A stretch of DNA of 64,000 nucleotides, taken from Dendrobates tinctorius. Lineage: Eukaryota. Below are positions 44,958-57,019 of this stretch, one piece after another. Position numbers and translations under genes: made by a program. The stretch lies in NCBI RefSeq assembly GCF_039654945.1, contig NW_027361709.1, positions 6,448,001 through 6,512,000 of the forward strand, read 5' to 3'. A model generated the notes under the pieces. It was not told where the DNA came from. It made no database searches and saw only the letters and a list, made by a program, of their open reading frames with translations. The stretch's first letter is position 1. Each line of letters opens with the position of its first letter.

Positions 44958-47042
44958 AGTGACGTCACAGCTGCTCAGGTGATGTCACAGCTGCTCAGGT
45001 GATGTCACAGCTGCTCAGGTGATGTCACAACTGCTCAGGTGATGTCACAACTGCTCCGGTGATGTCTCAGCTGCTCAGGTGATGTCACATCTGCTCAGGT
45101 GATGTCACAGCTGCTCAGGTGATGTCACAGCTGCTCCGGTGATGTCTCAGCTGCTCAGGTGATGTCACAGCTACTCCGGTGATGTCACATCTGCTCAGGT
45201 GATGTCACATCTGCTCCGGTGATGTCTCAGCTGCTCCGGTGATGTCACATCTGCTCAGGTGATGTCAGAGCTGCTCAGGTGATGTCACATCTGCTCAGGT
45301 TATGTCACAGCTGCTCAGGTGATGTCACAGCTGCTCAGGTGATGTCACAACTGCTCAGGTGATGTCACATCTGCTCCGGGGATGTCACAACTGCTCAGGT
45401 GATGTCACAGCTGCTCAGGTGATGTCATATCTGCTCAGGTGATGTCACAGCTGCTCAGGTGATGTCACATCTGCTCAGGTGATGTCTAAGCTGCTCAGGT
45501 GATGTCACAACTGCTCAGGTGATGTCACATCTGCTCAGGTTATGTCACAGCTGCTCAGGTGATGTCACAGCTGCTCAGGTGATGTCACAACTGCTCAGGT
45601 GATGTCACATCTGCTCCGGGGATGTCACAACTGCTCAGGTGATGTCACAGCTGCTCAGGTGATGTCATATCTGCTCAGGTGATGTCACATCTGCTCAGGT
45701 GATGTCTCAGCTGCTCAGGTGATGTTTCAGCTGCTCAGGTGATGTTTCAGCTGCTCAGGTGATGTCACAACTGCTCAGGTGATGTCACATCTGCTCAGGT
45801 GATGTCACAGCTGCTCAGGTGATGTCAAATCTGCTCAGGTGATATTTCAGCTGCTCAGGTGATGTCACAGCTGCTCAGGTGATGTTTCAGCTGCTCAGGT
45901 GATGTCACAACTTCTCAGGTGATGTCACATCTGCTCAGGTGATGTTTCAGCTGCTCAGGTGGTGTCACAGCTGCTCAGGTGATGTCACATCTGCTCAGGT
46001 GATGTCACAGCTGCTCAGGTGATGTTTCAGCTGCTCAGGTGATGTCACAGCTGCTCAGGTGGTCACATCTGCTCAGGTGATGTCACAGCTGCTCAGGTGA
46101 TGTCACAACTGCTCAGGTGATGTCACAACTGCTCAGGTGATGTCACATCTGGTCCGGTGATGTCACATCTGCTCAGGTGATGTCACATCTGCTCAGGTGA
46201 TGTTTCAGCTGCTCAGGTGGTGTCACAGCTGCTCAGGTGATGTCACATCTGCTCAGGTGATGTCACAGCTGCTCAGGTGATGTTTCAGCTGCTCAGGTGA
46301 TGTCACAGCTGCTCAGGTGGTCACATCTGCTCAGGTGATGTCACAGCTGCTCAGGTGATGTCACAACTGCTCAGGTGATGTCACAACTGCTCAGGTGATG
46401 TCACATCTGGTCCGGTGATGTCACAACTGCTCCGGTGATGTCACATCTGCTCAGGTGATGTCTCAGCTGCTCAGGTGATGTCACAGCTGCTCAGGTGATG
46501 TCACAGCTGCTCAGGTGATATCACATCTGCTCAGGTGATGTCACAGCTGCTCATTTGATGTCACATCTGCTCAGGTGATGTTTCAGCTGCTCAGGTGATG
46601 TTTCAGCTGCTCAGGTGATGTCACATCTGCTCAGGTGATATCACATCTGCTCAGGTGATGTCACACCTGCTCAGGTGATGTCACAGCTGCTCAGGTGATG
46701 TTACAGCTGCTCAGGTGATGTCACATCTGCTCAGGTGATGTCTCAGCTGCTCAGGTGATGTCACATCTGCTCCGGTGATGTCACATCTGCTCAGGTGATG
46801 TCACATCTGCTCAGGTGCTGTTTCAGCTGCTCAGGTGATGTCACAGCTGCTCAGGTGATATCACTTCTGCTCAGGCGATGTCACAGCTGCTCAGGTGATG
46901 TCTCAGCTGCTCAGGTGATGTCTCAGCTGCTCAGGTGATGTCACAGCTGCTCCGGTGATGTCAAAACTGCTCAGGTGATGTCACAGCTACTCAGGTGATG
47001 TGACATCTGCTCAGGTGATGTCACAGCTGCTCAGGTGATGAC
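44958..47042. repeat. 20-bp minisatellite (ctgctcaggtgatgtcacag), about 100 copies
   Basis: Directly visible, between the H2A promoter and the hmces 3' end. Confidence 0.97.
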
Positions 47043-47986
47043 CCCTCCCATCCAACCACCAAGAGCGCGTATAAAGATGGTTATTACCAATAGGGATCAG
47101 GGAATGGATAGGGAGGAACCCAATTAGGAGGCACATAATGTCTCGGCAGCAGATGACAGCTTCTCTTTAAATTGACAGTAGGGTGCGGAGTCTGTCATCA
47201 GCCAATTCCAATTATCCAGCTGAATGTTCAGTCTTTTGGACCCTTCTCTCGCCCTCCGCACGTATTGTGCATGTAGAGAATATCTAACGGTCACGACGGC
47301 GCTGCGGACCGATCCTGCTCATATCAACTAAACTCAACATATTTATTTTATTAAAACATTTTTATTTATTTAACCATTTAATTCAACTTTTTATTGTTTC
47401 CTCACGAGACCAATGTAAGACCAGAAATAAAAACTGTGTATTTTCTATCAGAATTCTATGTACACCTGCCCCTTTGGGGGTCAAAACATATTCAAAGCTG
47501 ATCCCTGAAATGCCTGTATACTGTATTAGGAGCATCCAAAAAACTTTCATCATGAAGAGAAGATGACCAAAATGATATTTAGTCACAGGAATACACGCAT
47601 CAACATCAAAGCCCGCAAACTATGTGCACATCCAGCTGAAAAGGACATGAAGACGGAGCAGTCTGCTCTGCACCAATCAGCTTTACCAAGAAAAATTCCT
47701 GTGATGCTGATTGGCCAGCTGCCCTCAGCCACTTTCTACCCACAACCCTCCGCCCTTGTCCTTTCCAGCTGGATTCAGGCACAGGTCACAGTCTCATTAG
47801 TGCCACCGTCTACGAGGAGAAACAACTTATTGGAAAGAATTCCTTCTCGGAACCAACAATGTAGAAAGTGGAGCACAAAAATGGACAGAACCTCAACAAC
47901 AATGTGTATACAACAACGAGTAAACAAGGCAATGCTGTGACGGTGCAGGCTGGGTGTGCTGGGATCTGTAGCGCCCAGACTACATT

Positions 47987-50900
47987 TTATTTCCTCGGCC
48001 TCTTTGGCGACGGCTCTCCTTCTTTCTTCAGCCACTGGTGCATTAACCCCGCACTCGTCTTCTTGGGTGACAAAGCGAGCTGAGAAAGTTTAGCCGGCGG
48101 TTTAACCCCTTCTGGTTCCTCTTTCTTCGGAGATTTATTTTGTAGCCACGCTAACATCTTCTTACTGCTGGCGCTCAGAGCGGGCTCCTGTAAGAAAATA
48201 CAGTAGGGATATTAATGTAGAGCAAGCAGGAAAAGGATTCTTCATCATCGTGGACTGGACCCCGTTATCTTTTTTTTTTTTCTTATCATCGCCGCCATCT
48301 TTGTACTCCAATGTGGCCTCCATAGTGGACGGTCATTATTATTACTATACACTACAGTAGATCGTGCAAACGATCGCAGGTTCAAGTCCCCTAAGAGAGC
48401 TAAAAATATTATAAAAATTATCCCCTTTTCCTAAATAAACTAAAAGTTAAAAAAAAGCAAGTATATTTGGTATTATCAAGGCTGCGAAAGACATAAACCT
48501 ACACAGTAAACTAATAAATATGTATAAAAAAAATAAAATTGAACATTTAATTTATTGTTGTGCAGACTTGCCTTCTTCTTCTGCAGGATGATGGGAGTGA
48601 TGCATTCGGGGCTGTTGTTCCGAGAGTTGTTCACGATGGTGGACACAGGGTGGTAGGTGATGTTTTCGATGGGCTGTATAAGTTTCAGCGCTTCTTTGGC
48701 AGGAACATCTCCAAAGTCCAGCCATTTCTGGATCTCCTCATCACCGTCCAGTATCGCCGGCATCCTGGTGAGAGAGAACAAAGATGTCTTATACAGGAAC
48801 AGGAGCAGAATTGTGTCCGAGGGAAGAGGTCCCATCGGCTTCTGGCCATCACACGGGGGTCTCGGCCGGCATCTGTAGATGGGACCGCACTACTCATCTT
48901 CTGCGGGGCCAACGAACCCTTTAAAGCTCATAGAGGACATTTTTGCGCTGATTTCTGTAGTGTAAGTAAATGTGAAATTAGTATAATCTCAGTCTAGAAA
49001 ATGGAAACGGCGGCGCTGACAGACAAGCTGGTGTGCGCAGGAAGAGACACTTTCCGCTTCGCCAGCTCTGAGTCAATAAGAAACCGTTCAGCAGAGGCGC
49101 GATACAGAGGTCGGCACTTTCACTAGTTACACCATCACAAACGCCATGACCTGAGGATGATCTGGCGGGGGAACAGAAGACACAGGGTTCAGGCGGTTTA
49201 AGAACGGGGCTCATCAGCTGTCATATCAGCCCTGTGACCGGAAATACAGAAGAACTACACAGGTCACGCCGCCAGATCGTGCAACAAAACACACATGCAA
49301 TTTTTCTGCGACTTGTTTTAAAGTCTATGTGGGAAGTTACAACCAGAAACACAACGATGTTGAATTATTTTTTTGCAATGGTTGTGTCACAGTCAGTCTC
49401 AGCCACGGAAGATCATTACATGCCACGCTGCAAAGCGGCACCGCAAGCTTTATGCCTAGAAAGAAAACCTAAAATATAGTGTTGATTTTGTGGAATCTGC
49501 AGAATAAGCCTTTAATGTAAAGAATGAGAAGGTTCCAGCCTTCCACCTTCACGACTGCATGTGCACACTCACCTGTCCGCTGAAATTAATGGGAGACATG
49601 GAAGGGGTGAGACTCAGGAGGTGCCATAGATAAGGGAGGCTTTTACTTACCGGTCATGAATCCAATTCATACTTTTGGAGGCGTCCACTGTGATAATAGT
49701 GTAGGAATAAAGAGGGTCTCCGCATCCTGCAGGGGGGTCCCAGAGGTCAAACAGTCCAGCCATGGTGAGCAGCCTCTGCTCCCCTCCATCGGGACCGTCC
49801 TTAGTGTCTTCATACTGGAGAGAAATAATAAAAAATCCAACACAGATTTATGTATAAACTCCAGAAGGTGAACAGCGTTCAGATGAAAGACAGCAAGCAG
49901 AGATCCTGAAAACAGTGAGGCGTGTTTCATGATCTAAAAATGAGTTTTTCTTTGCTGGCACCTGTTCAGATTTGACCTTCGGGAAGTATATAAAGTACGG
50001 CTGCTTCTCCCCGTCCTGTCGTCTCCACTCATAGAATCCGTCCGCCAGAACCACACATCTCCGGCCTTTAAAAAACGGCCCCTGGGGGAAAGAAGAGGCC
50101 ATATCTTTAGGAGGCACAGCTGACACCCCCCAATCATTTGAGCCACCCCCTCCCCAAGTAGCAATCTGTGGGTGGTCTCCGGAATCCCACTCGCCTTATA
50201 CAGAGTCTTCTCGCACATGGTGTCGCTGCGGCAGTTGTTGGTGCTATATTGCATTTTAGATGGGTTTGATTCTGTGAACCAGGAGGGGATAAGACCCCAG
50301 CGCATGGCGGCGAGGACTCGCTCCGAAGAGTCAGCATCCTGGCGGCAGAAAAGAGAAGGCTTGAAAGGGTTTTGACGATCGCAGTTTTCAAGATCACTGC
50401 TTGCTCTCAGCACCCATTCTGGTCATTGGCGTTACAGGGCAAGTCAAACAGGAGTCTTGTAGAAAATTAAGCACCCGACCCGGAAAAGGTGCAAAAAAAA
50501 AGAAAAAAGTTTCCATTCCCTGACCACAAGCAGAGATCTTATAAACTGCAGGAATATGAAAAATATACATGATACATGTTTGCAAAACCAAAACCATTTG
50601 CAGATTCTATTGTAGATGCACTGAAACAATGGAATGTGCACAATGCAAGAATTTGGGGGGGTTTTGGGGAAGATTAGAAGTGCCTCTTTAAGCGGCTGGA
50701 GTCCACCTGATAAGGGATTGCGGGTGGTCCTGCTGCCCCCCTTCAGGGGTCAGAGAGAAAAGCTATGGGGTCATGATCCCCTAATCTACGCACTGATGGG
50801 GTCCTACATTGATGATATATCATAGTGCCCCCTCCTCACCTCTGCCGACCCCCCAGCTGTACAGTCCTGTTACCTTCTGGAAATGCTTCATGGACAGGAG

Positions 50901-51062
50901 GACGGGGCTGTTGGACTGGGGGCTTTTATTGTACGAGGGCCGGTAATTCTCAGCGTCGCCGTCCCTCCATTGCGGACACTTCCTTTGCCCTTGTTTGTCT
51001 TTATATTCGCAGGCTTTACTGACGTCCTCCGGGCCCAGCGTGCAGGCTGTGCGGCCACACAT
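47987..51062 (-). CDS. hmces: HMCES abasic-site processing protein (SRAP domain), 336 aa; exons 51062-50874, 50338-50195, 50081-49962, 49814-49651, 48764-48572, 48187-47987
   Basis: MCGR start with catalytic Cys2, [36 protein letters not shown] and VNNSRN motifs. Exon sizes 189/144/120/164/193/201 keep frame. PolyA signal at about 47342-47347. Confidence 0.96.
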
Positions 51063-52737
51063 CTCGGGGCCGGTTCTGAAAAAGAGACATTACAGGGGCT
51101 CTCGGCCATTGAGGACAATTATTAATGCGTGCATATTTTTTATACCGCTCGCCTTCTATTGCCTCCGACTTGCTATTGTCTATTGCCGGCTGCAGAATGA
51201 GTAAACTGTGAATCCCTCAGCGAGCTCACTCTGACGGAGCAACGAGAGCACTCGTACCACCTTTATCTGAACTCCTTTCAGCTGTTTCATCACCAAACAC
51301 CACAAAGTTGAACGTGCAGGGAAAAAAAGATCGTTTGATAGAAAAACTGGGCAAAAAGTCTAAAGAAAACGATCCAAAACTTCTGCAACCTTCTGGCATA
51401 AAATGTTTTTCAGTTCAGCGCCTCTGCTTGCTGACAGTAGTGTGGTCGTTCTTATAGAAACCCAGAAAGGCAGTACAAACCCGGCAGCTCTCGCAGCGGA
51501 GGGTTTGTCACAATTGCACCCGGTCCACAAAACCCTTGACTGACACATTGCAACAAACTATCAGCACAGAAAAGAGACTCGCTCTCACAGGGGACTGGAC
51601 ACAACTGTGACAACCCTCAATCTTTAGAAATTCACAAATTGTCAGAAAACAAAATTTTCTTTTCCCTTGTAAGTGGCGCCAAAATAATAATAATAAAAAA
51701 ACCTAAAAGCGAAAAGCTGCTACTTTCACTTTAAGTATAAAACCTCCTGGGAGCGAAGTGAAACCCACAAGAGCGCTGTATGGAGGTTTCAGGAGTGACA
51801 GCAGGGTACAGGGCGCCTGGAGTCACTTGCTGGGACTTGTGGTTCCCAGCACATTAATAGAGAAATAATAATAATTTATAACATGTAATGTAGTAGTCCG
51901 GAAACTACAACTCCCAGCATGCCCTGGCGGCCACAAGCTGTAAAGGCATGCTGGGAAATGTAGTTTCCCAACAAATATGGCAGCAAGGCAGCGCTGTGAG
52001 GTAAAGGTGCAGGTTACATCATTACTGACCGGTAATAATCCGATATTGGACACCGGGACCGAGCACAGTCACCGGGACACCGGGCAGGAGTGTGAGGACC
52101 GGGGGCAGGAGGAGGAGCAGCCGCTTACATAACAGGTCACCTGACCTAGAGCAAGGGGCGTGGCCAGAGAATGACTGACAGGTTGCAGTGTGCTTTCCGG
52201 CTGTCGTGATTCTGTCTTTCCTGGGACTGCTAGTTCCATACATGTCTACCATGGAAGCTACACCGTTGTCTATCACAGGCTGCTGCATACCTGCAGCTAG
52301 TCTCATCATGGCAGCTGTAGTCTGACAACTGCTGGAAAGCTTTCATGATACAAGTAAATATGGTTTGAAAGGAAACTGTCAGCAAGTTTTTATAGATGGA
52401 GATAGCGGAGCGGCTGTTACAGGAGTCTGCAGTGCACCCCAATGACAACCACACCTATCTTGTAGAGATCTGATGTCCCAGTCATGAGGAGTCATGCAGA
52501 ACTTCTATGCAAATCAGGCAGGAAGTGCAGCGGGGGCGTGTCAAGAGAGGCAGATGAGGAGCAGTGACACGCCCCCAGTGCACTTACTGCCTGATTTGCA
52601 TAGAAGTTCACTGAACGCTATTAGTCTGTAGTGAAATGTAAGATTCATCGTATACAAACCGTCCATAATATGGAGATAATCTGCACCTGTCTGCCGGATG
52701 TCTTATATCGATGCATCCAACCACCGCAGCCGGGGCA

Positions 52738-53740
52738 CCGCCGCTGATCTTCTCATCCCTTCCAAGCGCCGCTGATCTTCTCATCCCTTCCAGGCGCCGC
52801 TGATCTTTTCCTCATCCCTTCCAGGAGCTGCTGATCTTCTCATCTCTTCCAGGCGCCGCTGATTTTATTCCTTCCAGGCGCCGCTGATCTTATTCCTTCC
52901 AGGCGCCGCTGATCTTTTCCTCATCCCTTCCAGGCGCCGCTGATCTTTTCCTCATCCCTTCCAGGCGCCGCTGATCTTCCCTTCCAGGCGCCGCTGATCT
53001 TTTCCTCATCCCTTCCAGGTGCCGCTGATCTTTCCTTCCAGGCGCTGCTGATCTTCTCATCCCTTCCAGGCGCTGCTGATCTTTTCCTCATCCCTTCCAG
53101 GTGCCGCTGAGCTTTTCCTCATCCCTTCCAGGCGCCGCTGAGCTTTTCCTCATCCCTTCCAGGCGCCGCTGATCTTCTCATCTCTTCCAATCGCACTACT
53201 GATCTTATTCCTTCCAGGCGCTGCTGATCTCATCTATTCCAATCGCGCTGATCTCATCCCTTCCAGGCGCTACTGATCTTTTCCTCATCCCTTCCAGGCG
53301 CCGCTGATCTTCTCATCCCTTCCAGGTGCTGCTGATCTTCTCATCCCTTCCAGGCGCTGCTGATCTTCTCATCCCTTCCAGGCGCCGCTGATCTTTTCCT
53401 CATCCCTTCCAGGCGCTGCTGATCTTTTCCTCATCCCTTCCAGGTGCCGCTGAGCTTTTCCTCATCCCTTCCAGGCGCCGCTGATCTTCTCATCTCTTCC
53501 AATCGCACTACTGATCTTATTCCTTCCAGGCGCTGCTGATCTCATCTATTCCAATCGCGCTGATCTCATCCCTTCCAGGCGCTACTGATCTTTTCCTCAT
53601 CCCTTCCAGGCGCCGCTGATCTTCTCATCCCTTCCAGGCGCCGCTGATCTTTTCCTCATTCCTTCCAGGCGCCGCTGATCTTTTCCTCATCCCTTCCAGG
53701 CGCCACTGATCTTTTCCTCATCCCTTCCAGGCGCCGCTGG
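52738..53740. repeat. ~25-32-bp minisatellite (ccaggcgccgctgatcttttcctcatcccttc)
   Basis: Tandem copies with a higher-order duplication. Confidence 0.92.
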
Positions 53741-55297
53741 TTTTATGGAGGGCTGGACGGACCATTGGTGCAACCTGTGCACAGCGGCTCCACTTCTACT
53801 TCTGGCACAGTATTAGGATATGAATCAGAAAAGTATCTTGTATCTCATCAAAAAACATAAGTTCCTGTCCTGTCCTTTCCCCACCATGCTTTACCCTGCT
53901 TCTCAACTTGGTTGCCGTGTGAAAGTTTGCACCTTAGCTCTGCTCCATAAACAGATGACTCTTCCCTCTAGGGGAGAGATAATTTGCACCTTTTTTTTCC
54001 ATGGGCCATTGCCTGCAGGTCTCGGCCCACCATCTAACGTGTATGGGGGGCTCCCGACTGCTGACAGATCGTGTTGGAATGTCAATGCGTCCCCCTTTTC
54101 TTCTTGCAGCGGCGAGCGCCTCTCTGACCATTGAACTTGTTTGTGAATGTTCTCTAGTCCTCCCCCCGGAGTGATTTATGGACATCTGGAATTTTTTTTT
54201 TTTTTTTTTCACAAACTTTACAACTTTTTATCCTACAAAAAGGTTAAAGATAAAAAAATAAACAGCATTTTTAATTTTGCACAAAATTCATGAAACAAAT
54301 GGTTTATTCTGAAGATTTTTTTTTTGCGAAGATACCAGGAATCACGGTAAAATCTCATCATTTCTGTTTCAATTTGCGAGATCTTAAAATCGCAAGAAAA
54401 AAAAAACCAATCACACCACAATGGAAGGCAGGGAATTAGGTATTAGAAAGTATGAGCAACAACATCAAGGAAAATAATATATATGTGTCTGCAATAATAG
54501 TGAAATCATAAAGCTGAAGAAAGGGGGGAGTCTTGCAGATGGTCTTGTTAAAGGGGTCCCCCATAGCCCGCCGTCCAGCCGTCACCCCTCCATCATCAGG
54601 CCTTGGTGCAGTGACGGAACGTGGCAATAAGCCCCTTAATCGTCCCGAGTGCAGCTTGTAATGACGCAGGCGGCAGATCAGATTATTTTATTGTAGTCTT
54701 TCACACACAAAAAAGAAAAGCGTAACAGCGCGTACAGAGTCCAGGGGCGGCCATTCTCCGGAGCGCCGGGCGTTTCTCCATAGGATTTCCACACATCTCC
54801 CAGCACTTCATCACTGGATAATGAAATGTGGCCAATGAGACTCCTGGAAACGCAGGGCTCAGGTGAGGCCTCGGTGTGCTGGGTGCAGGGGCTTGTCCAG
54901 GACCCTTTTATTTGGCTATTAGGCTCTCATCCTGTGAGCAGAGGATCCCTTCTTTCTTCCTCCTCGATGTGCTGGAGGGACGAGCTGCATCACCTCTGCT
55001 GACTGCACGGAGGAATCTATGGCTTTCACTACAGGAGCAAAATCACATTTCTTTGTATTTTAAGTCCCATACTTAAAGGGGACAAAATATATCCCCTGTA
55101 TACATGACAGTATGTATGATCGCTGAGAGTCTGGCCGCTAGGACCCCCACGGTCCAGTCTCAAAACACTGTGTGAATGGAGAAGTAGTGAGCATGTGCGA
55201 CCATCTATAGGAGTGGTGGTCTCACACGCTCAGTACCGCTCCGTTCCCACATACATCACTCCATCATACATGTATCATGCCGTCAGTGCTACATGTA

Positions 55298-56239
55298 CAG
55301 ACGCTTCTCACATAATTAGAATATCATCAAAAAGTGAATTTATTTCAATTCTTCAGTACAAATAGTGAATCTCCTATATTCTCTAGAGTCAAGACACACA
55401 GAGTGATCTATTCCACGTGTTTATTTCTGGTAATGTTGATGATTACGGCTTACAGCCAATGAAATCCCAAAAGTCATTATCTCAGGAAATTCGAATACTT
55501 TATAACACCAGCTTGAAAAATGATTGTAAAATCTGAAATGTTGTCCTACTGAAATGTATGATCAGTAAATGCACTCAATACTTGGTCGCGGCTCCTTTTG
55601 CATCAATTACTGCATCAATGCGGCGTGGTATGGAGGCGATCAGCCTGTGGCACTGCTGAGGGGTTATGGAAGCCCAGGTTGCTTTTATAGCAGCCTTCAG
55701 CTCGTCTGTATTGTTGGGTCTGGTGTCTCTCATCTTCCTCTTGACAATACTCCATAGATTCTCTATGGGGTTAAGGTCAGGCAAGTTTGCTGCCAATCAA
55801 GCCCAGTGATACTGTTGTGTGTACACCAGGTATTGGTACTTTTGGCAGTGTGGACAGGGGCCAAGTCCTGCTGGAGAATGACACTTCCATCTCCATAAAG
55901 CTTGTCGTCAGAGGGAAGCATGAAGTGCTCTAAAATGTCCTGGTAGACGGCTGCGCTGACTTTGATAAAACACAGTGGACCTACACCAGCAGATGACATG
56001 TCTCCCCAAACCATCACTGATTGTGGAGACTTCACACTAGAACTTGTAAATCAAGGTCCCAGAGTCTGGAGGAAGAGTGGAGAGGTCACATTCCAAGCTG
56101 CTGGAGCTCTAGTGTGAAGTCTCCATGATCAGTGATGGTTTGGGGAGTCATGTCATCTGCTGGTGTAGGTCCACTGTGCATTGAAGAACTGAAATAAATG
56201 AACTCTTTGATGATATTCTAATTTTGTAAGATGCCCCTG
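55298..56239 (-). mobile_element. Internally deleted and rearranged Tc1-like element
   Basis: TA-flanked degenerate TIRs (CAGACGCTTCTCACATAATTAGAATATCATCAAAAAG / CTTTGATGATATTCTAATTTTGTAAGATGCCCCTG). Minus-strand fragments SVMVWG...QQDLAPVH and PDLNPIENLW...AKGAATKY. Confidence 0.85.
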
Positions 56240-57019
56240 TAGTTTATGTGACAACCCCGTAAAAGATTCCCAGCCTTTTTCTTATTCTATTTACAGGTGG
56301 TATACCACTTTAAGGACATATAAGAGCGTAATCTCTCTGTAGAGATATGAAAGAGCAATCTGTATTCCCCAGGATATTCCTTATGGCGTCTATAAAACAT
56401 ACAAATACCGGACTGATAATTCCTGAAAAAGAAGAAACATGCCGCTACCTCTCAGCTTAGGAATATCTTAAATAACCCTCTACACGCATTTCACACTCCT
56501 TTTCCAGCCAGGATTTGAACGCTGACTGCAAATATCCAGACCCAGGCAAATGGCGAAAGCAGAATAAAGGAACGCTGGGGCGACATTTATTGAAACTTGG
56601 TCTCCACAAATAGGCAGAGGAGGACGCTTGTGCATAATGTCCGAACTGAGAAGTGCGAGGAAATCAATACCGAGACAATAATTTTATCAGCAAGGATAAA
56701 GGTCGTCATGTTTTCGCTTGTTACAAAAGCAGAACCGATAATTACAGGATTCCTAAAGTAATTTTTTAACCCTTAGCCTGTCCACCTCGTAATAGACAGG
56801 CTTCCTTCTTTTTTTTTTTTTCTCCCCTTATGTATATGGTAAATCACTAGTGACCTGCAGATCCTCAGCAGGAGGACCGAGCAGTGAAAAGCCAGGAGGA
56901 CTGAAATATACTATGTGGTAGTGTTCCCATATATTCAAGGCACCCTCGTGGCTGAGAAGGGTTAATGGACTGTACAATGTAATGCCAATTCTGTCTGTAG
57001 CATAAAAAAGTTGCTACCC

